DNA from: a virus
Strand: one strand, 5' to 3'
IMG/VR virus record: IMGVR_UViG_3300045988_046446
Length of the DNA stretch: 32,400 nucleotides
The notes beneath the pieces were generated by a model. It was not told the DNA's origin. It was given only the letters and a program-made list of their open reading frames with translations, and did not search any database. Below, one piece after another: positions 6,694 through 16,967 of this stretch. A program made the position numbers and the translations under genes. Within the stretch, counting starts at the first letter, position 1. Every line of letters starts with the position of its first letter.

Positions 6694-7638
6694 TTATGCT
6701 TTCGCTGTCAACCACATCTGCATTTTTTCGGGTGCAACCAGCATGGCATCAGCCGCGAACAAAGTCTGTGAGTAGTAGTTACGGCTTTTGGCGTCCTGGA
6801 TGAAAGGAGCAATGTTAGTAGAACTACCTTCCAAGGCAATCTGAATGTTGTCCTTCGGCGTGAATACTATGAAAGCGTCCGTATTACCGTCAACCAAGGC
6901 AGCGTTAGACACGTGGCGAAGTTCGTTAATCTTGTACCCCTCGAAGAAGTAAACCGGGCGGCCGTCAACGATGTCGGACTGTGCAGCGCTATTATCTCTA
7001 TCCTGCAAAATGTTCTTATAAAGGCGCATAACGTTAGACGTTACGAAGAACTCCGAGGTGTCGAGTGTATCGGGGCGCTGTGCGTCGATAGCTCCGCGAA
7101 GTGCAGCAAGAACGCCGGCTGTGCTGAGCGTCAGAACGTTTTCGGTCTCTCCGCTATCCTTGAATTGCTTGATGATACCGCCACGCGTAAAGATACCATA
7201 TCCGGTAGCCTCTGCCTTAACATCACCGTCCAGCCATGCGAGACGCAACAAGTCAGCTTCCAATACCTTCAATACTTCGGACTGAATGAAACCTGCCAAA
7301 TCGGTTGCGGAAAAATCGTCCTCCAAGTTGATGCCGCGTGCCACCATTTTACCCCACAAAGACTGCAAACAGATTTCGATGGGCAATTCAATTGGGGCGT
7401 GTGTGTAATACTTAACCTTGTCTTTTACGTTATTGTAGAAGTATTCACCGCCACAACCTGCTGACTTACGCAAAGCCTTGTCGGCTGCTGTAAGGGAAAC
7501 AACGGGCGTGTTGTTAGCGATACCGTTAAGTACGGTGATACCGTTAGAAATCTCACCGGCCAAACCGACGGTCAAAGAGATAACTTCGTTCAAACTGTTA
7601 ATGTTCAGTTTGTTAAGGTCTGTAAATGTAAGTGCCAT
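6694..7638 (-). CDS. putative major capsid protein
   Basis: 314 aa. Lies directly after the protease/scaffold-like gene and is followed by a strong hairpin terminator. The call is from position and size only. Confidence 0.5.
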   Translation of the reverse strand: MALTFTDLNKLNINSLNEVISLTVGLAGEISNGITVLNGIANNTPVVSLTAADKALRKSAGCGGEYFYNNVKDKVKYYTHAPIELPIEICLQSLWGKMVARGINLEDDFSATDLAGFIQSEVLKVLEADLLRLAWLDGDVKAEATGYGIFTRGGIIKQFKDSGETENVLTLSTAGVLAALRGAIDAQRPDTLDTSEFFVTSNVMRLYKNILQDRDNSAAQSDIVDGRPVYFFEGYKINELRHVSNAALVDGNTDAFIVFTPKDNIQIALEGSSTNIAPFIQDAKSRNYYSQTLFAADAMLVAPEKMQMWLTAKA

Positions 7639-7660
7639 AATTTCTTAATTTTTTTGTTTG

Positions 7661-8623
7661 TTATTTTTTGTAAAATCTCTTTGCCGCTTCGGCCACCGCG
7701 TCTCGGCTAAGGGCTGTTTCTTTCTTCTTGTCCTTCGGAATACTTACCTGGGGAACACCGGGTTTCGCTGTTACGCGGCTAAACTGTGCGGTCATTGCTG
7801 CCATTGAAGCGGTCAACGTTGCGATAGATGTCTCAAGTGCTGCGATACGGTTAGAAAACTCTTCGGGTACGGCTGCTGTTTCGGGTTCTACTTCCACTTC
7901 TTCTGCCTCGTAGGGTTTAACCTCGGTAATCACTCCGTTTTCAATCGTGATAACCAAAATACCCTCCTCGACTTGAATCTGCACTTCACCATCCGGGTGA
8001 ACGTTGCCTTCGCTATCAAAGACCTTATCACCGATAGCCATCACCTCACCAGCCGCCTCAATAGTAATGCTATTACCATCCACGGTTTCTACTGTTTCCG
8101 TTGCAAACTGCGTCTTCTGAAACAAGTTTGCAAACGAGCTGAAAAATTTGTTCATTTTTTTCTCTGTTTTATTGTTATTAAAAAGGCTTTCCGTGGCGGC
8201 TGGAAGCCCCACTAAATCACATGAATACAACTCCACAAATTCGGTAACGTAAAGAATACCGTCATTCAATTCTACCGCATTATAACCAACTACAGAAACA
8301 CCCAACATATCGGGCTCTTTTTCTATCATGGTTGAGATAAACTTCGCCTCATTGGGGTAGGCTGTCTCAAGTGCTTCGGACATCTCGAAATCGGCAAAGG
8401 CCGCGCCATTCTCGTAAACGAAGTTCGTAAATTTGCCTAAATACCCGTCCAGCATATCACTGCCGTTGTGGGTACGTCTGCAATGAACTGGCTTAAGGTT
8501 TCCGAGCGCTACAACGCTTTTAACTGCCGCTTCCGTAATCGAAAGGGGGTATTCCCCACCCTCGTACATCCCAAAGTTGGTCGTTAACCCGGCTTGAATA
8601 ATTCTAAGTTTTTTGAATTTCAT
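7661..8623 (-). CDS. putative prohead protease/scaffold fusion
   Basis: The N-terminal region (VHCRRTHNGSDMLDGYLGKF) resembles the prohead protease His/Gly context. An acidic linker (EAEEVEVEPE) and a C-terminal Ala-rich helix (ALETSIATLTASMAAMTAQF) are typical of scaffolds. Confidence 0.4.
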   Translation of the reverse strand: MKFKKLRIIQAGLTTNFGMYEGGEYPLSITEAAVKSVVALGNLKPVHCRRTHNGSDMLDGYLGKFTNFVYENGAAFADFEMSEALETAYPNEAKFISTMIEKEPDMLGVSVVGYNAVELNDGILYVTEFVELYSCDLVGLPAATESLFNNNKTEKKMNKFFSSFANLFQKTQFATETVETVDGNSITIEAAGEVMAIGDKVFDSEGNVHPDGEVQIQVEEGILVITIENGVITEVKPYEAEEVEVEPETAAVPEEFSNRIAALETSIATLTASMAAMTAQFSRVTAKPGVPQVSIPKDKKKETALSRDAVAEAAKRFYKK

Positions 8624-8648
8624 AAAATTGTTTTTGTTGTAACACGTG

Positions 8649-8656
8649 CAAAGATA
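8649..8656 (-). promoter_or_regulatory. possible internal -7 box upstream of the head genes
   Basis: Minus strand TATCTTTG matches TAnnTTTG, 26 nt upstream of the ATG at 8623. No TTTG was found at the -33 position. Confidence 0.25.
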
Positions 8657-8700
8657 GCGCCTTTTGTCGTATGCGCCACCTCTGCACGAGTTGATTAATA

Positions 8701-11208
8701 TTAGAAAGTTGCGAAGCCCTTGACTACCGCCACGTCGTTTTGCCCTGCGTTGATGTCCTGCACCGATACAACCGGGTTGGGCATGCTCATAACTGCGTCG
8801 ATAACAACCCCTGCCAGTTGGTTAATGCTTTCGCTTGATAGGCGCACGTTATCGGACTGCCTAACCATTCGGTTTGCTTCGGAGATGCTTGCGGCCATAC
8901 CGCCATCGGCAAACTTGTAAAGCCCGGACGTACCGAAAGAGTTGCCCCCATGTGCCTCGTTAATGGCTGATAGGGCGTTAATCTCTGCACTCGCTGTCTT
9001 CTTCATGATATAGACGTTCTCGCCTCCTTCGGCCTCGAACACCTGCCCGTTATCTCCCCGAAATGTTACACCGCCTTGTGCGTGTGACTTGCCGAATATC
9101 TGACCGCCCTTTGCATACTTCTTAACGGAAGTGTTAATTTTCGTATCGGGGTCTTTCTGTTTTGCAATCGTAGCGACTTGTTTCATACCGAAAGCAATAA
9201 CTATCGCGGCTTGTGCGATGCCGAGTATACCACCTTGTGCCAGTGCTTTAGTAGCACCGATATAAGTGTTAATGGTTGCTTGAACCACACCGAACGCCTT
9301 ACCGATTTCACTCTCCTCGCCCAGCAAAGTAGACATCTGACCTGCCAGCCCTGCCGTCATAGTCAATTCAGCGTTAACGCGTGCCTTTGTGTTGTCCTCT
9401 TTAGCCTTCTCGTACTTCGATTGGATGAGAGCCGTGTCCGCCCCTATCTTCTCGGCTGCTGCGATTTCCTGGGCGTATTGGGCGTCTAATGCGGCTTGCC
9501 TTAACTCGTATTCGTTGGTTATGTTGGCCATCTTCAATTCCCTTAGGTTTGCTTCGTCAAGCGCTTTCCTTTCCTTTTCGGTGCGGTCTTGTTCTTCACG
9601 CATCTGTTGTTCCAGTTGGAGCACACCTAACTGGAACGCTTGTTCCCGGTTGGCGAACTCTTGTTGCGAGATTAAACCCTGCTCCAGTCTGTAACGCTCA
9701 AGCTTTAGACTTTCCTCTACATAGGCTTTTTCGTTTTCAAGCTTAAGTTTTATGCTGTCATTTCCTATTTCCTTCTCCTGCAAAGATAGTTCTAACTTGG
9801 TACGCGCTTCCTCGAACTGTTTGATGGTCTGTTCTTGCAATTCTCGCTTCGCTTTTTCCGCATCCTGCGCTGCCTTGATAGCCGCCGCCGCTTTCTTCTC
9901 CTCGTTAGCCTTAAAGGCCGCTGCGTTATTTGCGTTCTGCTGGGCTACCAATCCGCTTGCCTGGTTTTCCAGCTCTTTACGCTGTGCAATGTATTCGGCT
10001 TGCTTGCTTTGAAGGTCTGCGAGCGCTTGCATTTCCGCCCTTCTATCCTCTTTGGATGTGTATCCGAGTTCGTTTTGCGCCTTTATCTGCTCGTACTTTT
10101 GCTTCAACACACCGACTTCCGCGGCTTCCATCTGCTTAAGGATGGCAATACCCCGTTGCGCGGCTGCGTTCCGTTCGTTCATGCTCTTTAGCTGGTCTCC
10201 TACAAGCGTCTTTTGTGCTTCCAGTTCTCTACGCATCGCACTAACGGTAACAAGGTTCTTTGTTTCCGCCTCGTATATCGCTAATTCCTGCTGGGATAGT
10301 GCTTTGGCTGCGTTCGCTGCCTTAGTGGTCTCCTCGGTAATCAGACCGATAGACGAAAGCAAGTTAACAACCTTTTCGCTCACCCACTCGAAAGCCTTTG
10401 CGACACCGCTCAACATGTTGGTGATGCCGTCGAGTATCCGGGAGAAGATAACCTCAAACGGAGCGAACGCCGCCTTTAGGTTTGCTGCCATCTCGCTATT
10501 ACGTTTCATCAGTTTTTCAACCGTGGATATGAGAACCAGAATAACCGACACGATAGCAAGTATAGGGTTAGCTTTCAGCGTAGCATTAAACACCTTTAGG
10601 ATGTTCACACCCCCCGATAGAGACGTAGCCATAGCCGCCGTAGCCCCAGAAAGCCCTTGCGTGCTGCTCATTGCTTCCTGTATGCTTTCCGCATAGTTAC
10701 CTACGTTCCTACGGTTATCGCCTACTGCCTTTTCCATCTCCTTAAGTTTGTCGGAAATCTCTTTGGTCTCGGTAACAAGCGCTTTCCCCTCGTCCGTATT
10801 GTTACGAGTTGCCGCACTCATGGCGTTTAGCTCCTTGGTATTCTTTGCCAGTTGGGCGCGCAAGGCGTCCACGCTATCCTCTTGGCTGTTAAGGAGCGTC
10901 GTGTTCGTCTTTATCTCGCGGTTGTTATCAGAGATAGAGGCGTTAACGTCCAACAACTGCTTTTTCAAATCTATCTGAGCCTTTGCCGCATCGCCTACCG
11001 CCTTTTTATACTCGTCCTGTCCGATTGTCCCAGCCTTGTATGCCTTTCCTGCCTCGTCCAACTGCTTCTTCTCGTCCTTAAGTGCTGCCATTAGCTGGCT
11101 CTTTGTTTCTGCCAGTTCGACGGACTTTGCTATAAGAGCGTCCAGCCCATCAAGGGCGGAAGACGTATCAAACGAGAGGTCGAGTAGAGTAACTTTTTCT
11201 GTTGCCAT
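8701..11208 (-). CDS. tape-measure-like (or internal/ejection) protein
   Basis: 835 aa. Long A/E/K/Q-rich coiled coils. Hydrophobic segments ILAIVSVILVLISTV and GILGIAQAAIVIAFGM. Gly-rich C-terminus (KGGQIFGKSHAQGGVTF...ADGG). Confidence 0.6.
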   Translation of the reverse strand: MATEKVTLLDLSFDTSSALDGLDALIAKSVELAETKSQLMAALKDEKKQLDEAGKAYKAGTIGQDEYKKAVGDAAKAQIDLKKQLLDVNASISDNNREIKTNTTLLNSQEDSVDALRAQLAKNTKELNAMSAATRNNTDEGKALVTETKEISDKLKEMEKAVGDNRRNVGNYAESIQEAMSSTQGLSGATAAMATSLSGGVNILKVFNATLKANPILAIVSVILVLISTVEKLMKRNSEMAANLKAAFAPFEVIFSRILDGITNMLSGVAKAFEWVSEKVVNLLSSIGLITEETTKAANAAKALSQQELAIYEAETKNLVTVSAMRRELEAQKTLVGDQLKSMNERNAAAQRGIAILKQMEAAEVGVLKQKYEQIKAQNELGYTSKEDRRAEMQALADLQSKQAEYIAQRKELENQASGLVAQQNANNAAAFKANEEKKAAAAIKAAQDAEKAKRELQEQTIKQFEEARTKLELSLQEKEIGNDSIKLKLENEKAYVEESLKLERYRLEQGLISQQEFANREQAFQLGVLQLEQQMREEQDRTEKERKALDEANLRELKMANITNEYELRQAALDAQYAQEIAAAEKIGADTALIQSKYEKAKEDNTKARVNAELTMTAGLAGQMSTLLGEESEIGKAFGVVQATINTYIGATKALAQGGILGIAQAAIVIAFGMKQVATIAKQKDPDTKINTSVKKYAKGGQIFGKSHAQGGVTFRGDNGQVFEAEGGENVYIMKKTASAEINALSAINEAHGGNSFGTSGLYKFADGGMAASISEANRMVRQSDNVRLSSESINQLAGVVIDAVMSMPNPVVSVQDINAGQNDVAVVKGFATF

Positions 11209-11219
11209 AATCCAAATTA

Positions 11220-12827
11220 TTAATTTTTAACTGCGATTAACGTAACGTTCGCGTTCCCTGTTGACGGGTCCCAATTGCTTAGCGTTCTGAGATAAAACCA
11301 GTGGTTAAGCTCACCTACGAAATAAAGCGCGTCGGACTTCATTTTCTGTATATCAAAATACGATAGGTTCATTTTAGCCGTCACCTGCCACCCGGGGGAA
11401 AAACGGTCATAATGCCCTGCTATCGTAGCACGGTAACCACTGGCACGGTTGAAATAGTTATCGGGTATCCAACTCGCACCGCTTGCCCGTATCATGGTGG
11501 CGTAGGGCCTCGGTGCGCCTGGGTTTACTGGGAAGTTACTTTCTCCTGCTGTCTCCTGTGTGGCTATTGCACCGCCATAGCCGCCCACGGTTTGCGTTAA
11601 TTCGCCTACCTTTACAGCGTATGTACGTGCTGCCCCTTCCGCTTCGGACACCTTAACACTTGTTGGGTCTATTTTCCCCGTCCAGTTAATTCTATACGTC
11701 GACGAAGTAGACGGGTTCACGAACGGTTTGAGTGCCAGCAAAAACGGTTGGGACTGAAACTCATAAGTCCAGCAAAACGCTTTGCAAAACGCCTGCACAA
11801 TATCGAACGGGGTGTTCAGTCCCATCGTTGACACCAAGTCCCAGGCATATGAAGGAGACCCAACCGCCTTAATACGGAACGATATATAATACGCTTCGGT
11901 AGTAGGTACGGAAGTAATAGGCGTACCCGAGTAAACCATAGAACTCGAAGAGGTTGTAAACCCGAAATTCAAGTCTCGTGCTGGTCTTGGCGTTATTATA
12001 CATGATGTGCTTCCAGGCTTAACCGGGTAGTAGGGATAATTACCATCAGGTCTTACCGTTCCGCGCGCGAAAGGCAAAGCAAATGTGCCCCCGTTACTTC
12101 GTAGGTAAACGGTTGCCGGGGTGGTAGGCGGTAGGATAACGAATGAATCGGAAGTGAATTCAAGGTCAAACGTAGAACCCACCATGTATGTGAAGCATGT
12201 TGCTACGTCGTTATTCTCGGCTATCATGTAATTGGCGGCATACACCGAACCCTTAAGCCCGTCATGCGCGCCCTTAAAGACCAACTGACTTTCCGCGTCC
12301 TTGTAATCGCCTGCTGTTTTCGTTTCCCGGTCTGCCACGTATGCGAGTCCTACGGGTGTCGTCCCGTTAAACGCGTATAGGTTGGACATAACTACCGGGG
12401 TGGGGTACGCATAGTTAAGACTATCCTCGTACGTCGAAAACTGATATGCCGGCGTTTCAAAGGTAGGTATTGCCACCACCGGGGCACGTAACGACGAAAG
12501 CTTCGATACGGTTTCAATGAGTTCAATCGTATAGCTATCCGGGTCTGCTGATACACGGGCACGGAACAAGCCTCCACCGAACGGAATATTGAAGCCCCCA
12601 AAATACAATTCGGCGCGGTATGGGGCTGTCCTTATGAACTTCCCTGGGAAACGTTCAGAACGGAATACCCGGTCGTTCACTTCTGAACGCGGTATGTTGA
12701 TTGTCCCGGAGTAACTGACCGTTTGCTCCGTGAATTTTAGGGGGTCGGGGTTGTTGATAGTCAGTTTTACCGAGTTAGCGGAAACACCGTCTATCACTTC
12801 CCCATTAATTCGTATCGTTAAGTCCAT
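11220..12827 (-). CDS. virion tail/baseplate-like protein (535 aa)
   Basis: Large beta-rich ORF in the structural block. No motif recognised. Confidence 0.6.
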   Translation of the reverse strand: MDLTIRINGEVIDGVSANSVKLTINNPDPLKFTEQTVSYSGTINIPRSEVNDRVFRSERFPGKFIRTAPYRAELYFGGFNIPFGGGLFRARVSADPDSYTIELIETVSKLSSLRAPVVAIPTFETPAYQFSTYEDSLNYAYPTPVVMSNLYAFNGTTPVGLAYVADRETKTAGDYKDAESQLVFKGAHDGLKGSVYAANYMIAENNDVATCFTYMVGSTFDLEFTSDSFVILPPTTPATVYLRSNGGTFALPFARGTVRPDGNYPYYPVKPGSTSCIITPRPARDLNFGFTTSSSSMVYSGTPITSVPTTEAYYISFRIKAVGSPSYAWDLVSTMGLNTPFDIVQAFCKAFCWTYEFQSQPFLLALKPFVNPSTSSTYRINWTGKIDPTSVKVSEAEGAARTYAVKVGELTQTVGGYGGAIATQETAGESNFPVNPGAPRPYATMIRASGASWIPDNYFNRASGYRATIAGHYDRFSPGWQVTAKMNLSYFDIQKMKSDALYFVGELNHWFYLRTLSNWDPSTGNANVTLIAVKN

Positions 12828-12831
12828 ATTG

Positions 12832-13851
12832 TTAAGGTTCTACTATTTCAAATTTGCATTTAAACGCGGCTACCCGTCCCGTCGCACCGCCTTGTATGTT
12901 CAGCGCGTTCGGGTTCTGTATCGTAACGCGTGCCCACTGGTTTGTAGCCAAAGGGAATACCCCGGCAACCTCGCCCGAACGTGAAAGCCAGTACAGCGCG
13001 TTTTGGTTATCGTCCGTTACTACTGCGTTTATCGTAACGTCGTAGGACAACACACGGTTGCCGCCCGAGAAGTTAACCAAGTAAGTAGGCACAATACGGT
13101 ATTGGCCAAAATACATCGTATCGTAGGCGCCTTTGCTGTTAAGCCATCGAAGCGTTACCCGTTTGCTGGGGTCGGGGCAATACGGGTATTTACGTTCAAA
13201 TCGTGCGTAGCCCCATACACTGGCGTCATTTTCGGTTCTAAATACAAGCGGAGGCAAGTTCCGGCCCGCGGAAAATGCCGTATTCGCCCAAATAAGTGAG
13301 CTTCCTGTGCCCCCTTCTCTGTACCGTAGTCTGCCGCCCGAGTTTGCGGTTTGCTGCCCGTATCGCAATGCGAAGTTAAACGGCGCACCCGTTAATGGGC
13401 TGTTAAGGAACGAAGCACAATTAAAGTCCAACTGATTAAACAGCCCATTACCGTAGTCGGATAGATTAATAGTGCTCGCGTCCCAAGCGTTACGCGCGTA
13501 TGCTGCCGGAGAGTGTATAACGCGCATAAAGATAGATTTCAGTGTACCCTCCACGTATTGTATTTGCACCATGTCTACGAAGTCAGTAAACCCCAAGCCT
13601 GCGTTGATGCTCTCCGTTATACTCGGTGTGGCTGCTGCCATCATTGACATATCCAATATAGCACCCTCGTATGGGGTAACTACGGCGGTTGCCTTGGTAG
13701 CCCCATTACGTGAAAAGATAAGGGCTATACTGGTAACCGCGCCCACCTGCTCCAAGCGTATAGGGCGGTAAATACCCGCGCCTATGCTGCCGATTACCGT
13801 ATAGCCAGCTTCTGCGGTAGTTACATTAGTTAATAGATTTCGTATAATCAT
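12832..13851 (-). CDS. virion tail-like protein (339 aa)
   Basis: ORF in the track. It has a 4-nt ATGA-type overlap with the upstream gene (13848..14288). Confidence 0.6.
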   Translation of the reverse strand: MIIRNLLTNVTTAEAGYTVIGSIGAGIYRPIRLEQVGAVTSIALIFSRNGATKATAVVTPYEGAILDMSMMAAATPSITESINAGLGFTDFVDMVQIQYVEGTLKSIFMRVIHSPAAYARNAWDASTINLSDYGNGLFNQLDFNCASFLNSPLTGAPFNFALRYGQQTANSGGRLRYREGGTGSSLIWANTAFSAGRNLPPLVFRTENDASVWGYARFERKYPYCPDPSKRVTLRWLNSKGAYDTMYFGQYRIVPTYLVNFSGGNRVLSYDVTINAVVTDDNQNALYWLSRSGEVAGVFPLATNQWARVTIQNPNALNIQGGATGRVAAFKCKFEIVEP

Positions 13852-14288
13852 TGCTTTTTAGTTAAAATTGTTAATATCTCTGCGCTGATAATACGGTTAA
13901 CTTCTACCGTTACGCGCTTGATAAGTTCGGGGGTTAATATCTTACTTGCTACGCCCCCCTCGTTGTATTCGTTAGGTACTTTGATACCGTCCCTTTTAAT
14001 CACATAGGCAATCGCGTAGGCGGCTTCTTCGGGTATGTCCGTGCCGGCGTTCGCGTTCTTGTCCTTAATCCATTGCTTGATAGCGGATATGGGCGGCATT
14101 GTGCCGGGTCTACGCCCGTCTTCCATCTGATAGATGTACGCTGGGGCTACAATACGAACGCCACCGGGATATTCCTCGACTTGTGTTTGCTTATCGAAGT
14201 TACCCGAGGCGTTCAGCTTCATAGCGTAGTAGTTGGCTACAATCTCATCACGAATCTTTTTAACCGCTTGTACTACTTCGCTGTTCAT
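13848..14288 (-). CDS. hypothetical structural-module protein (146 aa)
   Basis: ORF in the track, translationally coupled to the downstream gene. Confidence 0.6.
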   Translation of the reverse strand: MNSEVVQAVKKIRDEIVANYYAMKLNASGNFDKQTQVEEYPGGVRIVAPAYIYQMEDGRRPGTMPPISAIKQWIKDKNANAGTDIPEEAAYAIAYVIKRDGIKVPNEYNEGGVASKILTPELIKRVTVEVNRIISAEILTILTKKQ

Positions 14289-14291
14289 GAT

Positions 14292-14636
14292 TTACAAGTA
14301 TTTAAACCATGCGTACGGTTTACGGTTTTTTAGGTATTCGGTATCGTGCTCGTTGCCGTAGGCTTCCTTCTCGAAGCCCATTCTATCATATGGCTTATCA
14401 TTCGGGTCACATGGTTTCTTTTCAAAACTCCACGCAAAGTAACGTATCACCCATTCGATACCATACCAAACGTAAAAAGGCACATAAAGCATTTCACGCA
14501 TCTGTTTGGTGTGAATGCTTTCGTGTCTTATTGTCTTTTCACCTATATAGGCATTGCCGCGAACGAACAACACGCCAAAGAGGTTAATCGCTTTGAAGCC
14601 CTTAAAGGGGATAAACTTGTTTCTGATAATCTTCAT
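14292..14636 (-). CDS. small protein with an HExxH motif (114 aa)
   Basis: IRHESIHTKQ contains H-E-x-x-H, with a downstream FEKEAYGNEH. The N-terminus is hydrophobic. Confidence 0.55.
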   Translation of the reverse strand: MKIIRNKFIPFKGFKAINLFGVLFVRGNAYIGEKTIRHESIHTKQMREMLYVPFYVWYGIEWVIRYFAWSFEKKPCDPNDKPYDRMGFEKEAYGNEHDTEYLKNRKPYAWFKYL

Positions 14637-14715
14637 AGTTTCATGTGCCGTTCATTAGTTAACGACGCACAAAAGTACGTAGTAAATCGCTACGAAACAA
14701 ACCGCGTCAAGTCTG

Positions 14716-15117
14716 CTATCCGAATTTGTATACATCCAAAACGGCCTCCCAACCAGATTTAATGCTGTCGTACTGGTTCTGCACTTTCGACAAGCGAATA
14801 GAGCCAATCTCGTAGCCGCACACAAAGGCTGCCAACATATCCTGCAAAAGCTGGTCGGTGCGTATCAGTGTCGCAATCTCTACAGCATCATCGCGCATAT
14901 ACTCAGACGTACCCATACAACGAATTACGATTGTGTAGCCGTTGCTTCTCGGTACGTTCACGTCGTTATAAAAGCCCGTGGTTATATCCAGAGTGAAGAA
15001 GTCTACAGACAGACTGTTAGCCGCTACGTTCTGTACGGCTGTATCTCCGAATATGAGAGGCAGCCCTAAAGCTGCCGCACGTGTATTCGCTGTATTGTAA
15101 ATTGTCTCAAAGGTCAT
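14716..15117 (-). CDS. hypothetical structural-module protein (133 aa)
   Basis: ORF in the track, 3 nt from the upstream gene. Confidence 0.6.
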   Translation of the reverse strand: MTFETIYNTANTRAAALGLPLIFGDTAVQNVAANSLSVDFFTLDITTGFYNDVNVPRSNGYTIVIRCMGTSEYMRDDAVEIATLIRTDQLLQDMLAAFVCGYEIGSIRLSKVQNQYDSIKSGWEAVLDVYKFG

Positions 15118-15120
15118 ATG

Positions 15121-15735
15121 TTAACGGTTTTTAGATTGTTGTTTCTTTAATTCACGTTTCTCTTTCTCTATCTCGTCGTTACGTTTGGCGATTGCCAGCA
15201 TAGCATCCGAGTAGTTGACTTGCTTCGCTTCGTCAAAGCTACAGTGGAAAAGCTCGGCTGTTACCTGCACCAGCCCGAGAAGGTTCTTTGCCTGCTTGAT
15301 ATTCTCATCGCCGGTCAACGCGCTTTCACCGCTTTTGCCGTGCATGTTTTGGAAAATCACCTGCTCGAGGCCATCGGCTATTTCCAACTGTTTAACTATG
15401 AATTTGTCAAGCTTCACGGCATCGACGACGGTAACGGGTTCATAGTTATCGTCAGTCCATGCCTTGATACGCCCTAACGCGTCCTCGGCTCTTCGTGTTT
15501 CAAGGATAGCCCATAAACCAATTTCCTCGATGTCCTTAAGGCGGTACACTGCTTTGCCGTTACGGGTTGCTACCTGGGAAGGCTTAAGGTACTTAATCAT
15601 GTCTTTGAGCAAGCGTTCCTCATCGCGCGTCATACGTACCGTGCCATCGGCGGGCATGTTCGCGATACGGAGCATTGCCGCGCGATTACGGATATTAGCA
15701 ATTTTGAAAGATAGTCTAAAAAGTAAATTCTTCAT
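15121..15735 (-). CDS. hypothetical protein (204 aa) downstream of the terminase
   Basis: ORF in the track. Basic K/E-rich C-terminus. No motif recognised. Confidence 0.6.
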   Translation of the reverse strand: MKNLLFRLSFKIANIRNRAAMLRIANMPADGTVRMTRDEERLLKDMIKYLKPSQVATRNGKAVYRLKDIEEIGLWAILETRRAEDALGRIKAWTDDNYEPVTVVDAVKLDKFIVKQLEIADGLEQVIFQNMHGKSGESALTGDENIKQAKNLLGLVQVTAELFHCSFDEAKQVNYSDAMLAIAKRNDEIEKEKRELKKQQSKNR

Positions 15736-15821
15736 TTTAAAGCGTTTTAAGCGACTTTCTTTGTCGCGGTTAGTAGTTACCCACTATCTGGGGAGAAAAG
15801 CCCGTAGAGGGCAAGCAAATG

Positions 15822-16967
15822 CTACTTAGGGCGGTATTTACGTATTAGGTAATCTACGCCATAACGCAAAGCGTCGAGTGAGTGGTTCCAGGCATCTATA
15901 GGTTCGTTGGTGTACGTATCGGTCGCCTCGTCCTTTATCCATTTGTAGTTATCCAGTTCGTCCAGCATCTTAACGCTTCTTTTCGTTACGTGCAGTTTGA
16001 ACTGGGAGACCTGGGCTATGCCAGCCGAGATAGAGCCGCGCCCCTTCACACACGGTATTGCTTTGATACGTCTTTGCTGAAGTTCCACGATACTCTTTTG
16101 CTCTGCACTGTCACACACGGTAACTACGCGGTTAAGCCCCTGCCCGGTCAAGTAGTCCGCGATGGCGCTGTTAAGTAGACCCGTCTCGTAGCAGAGAAGG
16201 TCTACGTACAAGTCCCAGCCTTCAAAGCGTATATCGACAATCGCTGTAGGGTCGTTAACGAAACCGAAGTCAAGCCCGATACATCGCCCGGTGAACGTTT
16301 CGGGTAGCTCGTCGATAACTTCGTAGTTCGGATATACGTTGCCCTCTACACCGCCCGTCTCGCCCTCTCCGTAGACGCGCCACCAGTTGGCATCGTTCTT
16401 GTTCTTCTCGATAGCACCTACCTGCTCCTTGGTTAAGTACGGGTTATCCTTGTACGTTGAGTGGATGGTTACGTATCTGTCACCTACGAACTCGGTTTCC
16501 CCCCAAAACTTCCGTACCGGGTTGAAGTCGATAATAACCTTTTTACGTGTACGGATATCAAGCTGCCTAAAGATTTCCCTGGGTATGCCCTGCGCCTCGT
16601 TGACGAACAGAATATCACGTGCGGGGCCGTGCACCTTTGAAGCGTTATCGACGCCAAAGAACTCTATCATGCACCCGTTGGGGTATGTGTAACACCCCTC
16701 GGTCTTGTTGAACGAATTCTCATCCCATACGCCCTCGGCTGCCAGCATCTGTCTGAAGTCTCGCTGCATGCCTCGTTTCACCATCGGAAGTGTAGCGGCA
16801 ACGCACGAAATGATAAGGGGCTTTTCGGAGTTGGAGCAAAGGAGGTGCAACATCTGCAACGTTGCCCACGTCTTGCCGGAACGTGTGCCGCCCTTTGACG
16901 CGACACCACGTATTCGGGGGTCAACGAAAGCCGCCAATAGCTTTTCAAATGTGTATGTTACATTCAT
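15822..16967 (-). CDS. terL: terminase large subunit
   Basis: Walker A GGTRSGKTW and Walker B-like DILFVNEAQ. The C-terminal nuclease-like acidic residues are IGLDFGFVNDPTA, VCDSAEQ and LDALRY. Its start overlaps the stop of the upstream TerS-like ORF. Confidence 0.85.
   Translation of the reverse strand: MNVTYTFEKLLAAFVDPRIRGVASKGGTRSGKTWATLQMLHLLCSNSEKPLIISCVAATLPMVKRGMQRDFRQMLAAEGVWDENSFNKTEGCYTYPNGCMIEFFGVDNASKVHGPARDILFVNEAQGIPREIFRQLDIRTRKKVIIDFNPVRKFWGETEFVGDRYVTIHSTYKDNPYLTKEQVGAIEKNKNDANWWRVYGEGETGGVEGNVYPNYEVIDELPETFTGRCIGLDFGFVNDPTAIVDIRFEGWDLYVDLLCYETGLLNSAIADYLTGQGLNRVVTVCDSAEQKSIVELQQRRIKAIPCVKGRGSISAGIAQVSQFKLHVTKRSVKMLDELDNYKWIKDEATDTYTNEPIDAWNHSLDALRYGVDYLIRKYRPK

Noticed and set aside
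15736-15821. Short hairpins after terL (GCCC-TCTAC-GGGC followed by TTTTCT; gcgac/gtcgc) as terminators
   Set aside because: The stems are only 4-5 bp, and the downstream genes belong to the same tightly linked late block. This is too weak to call.
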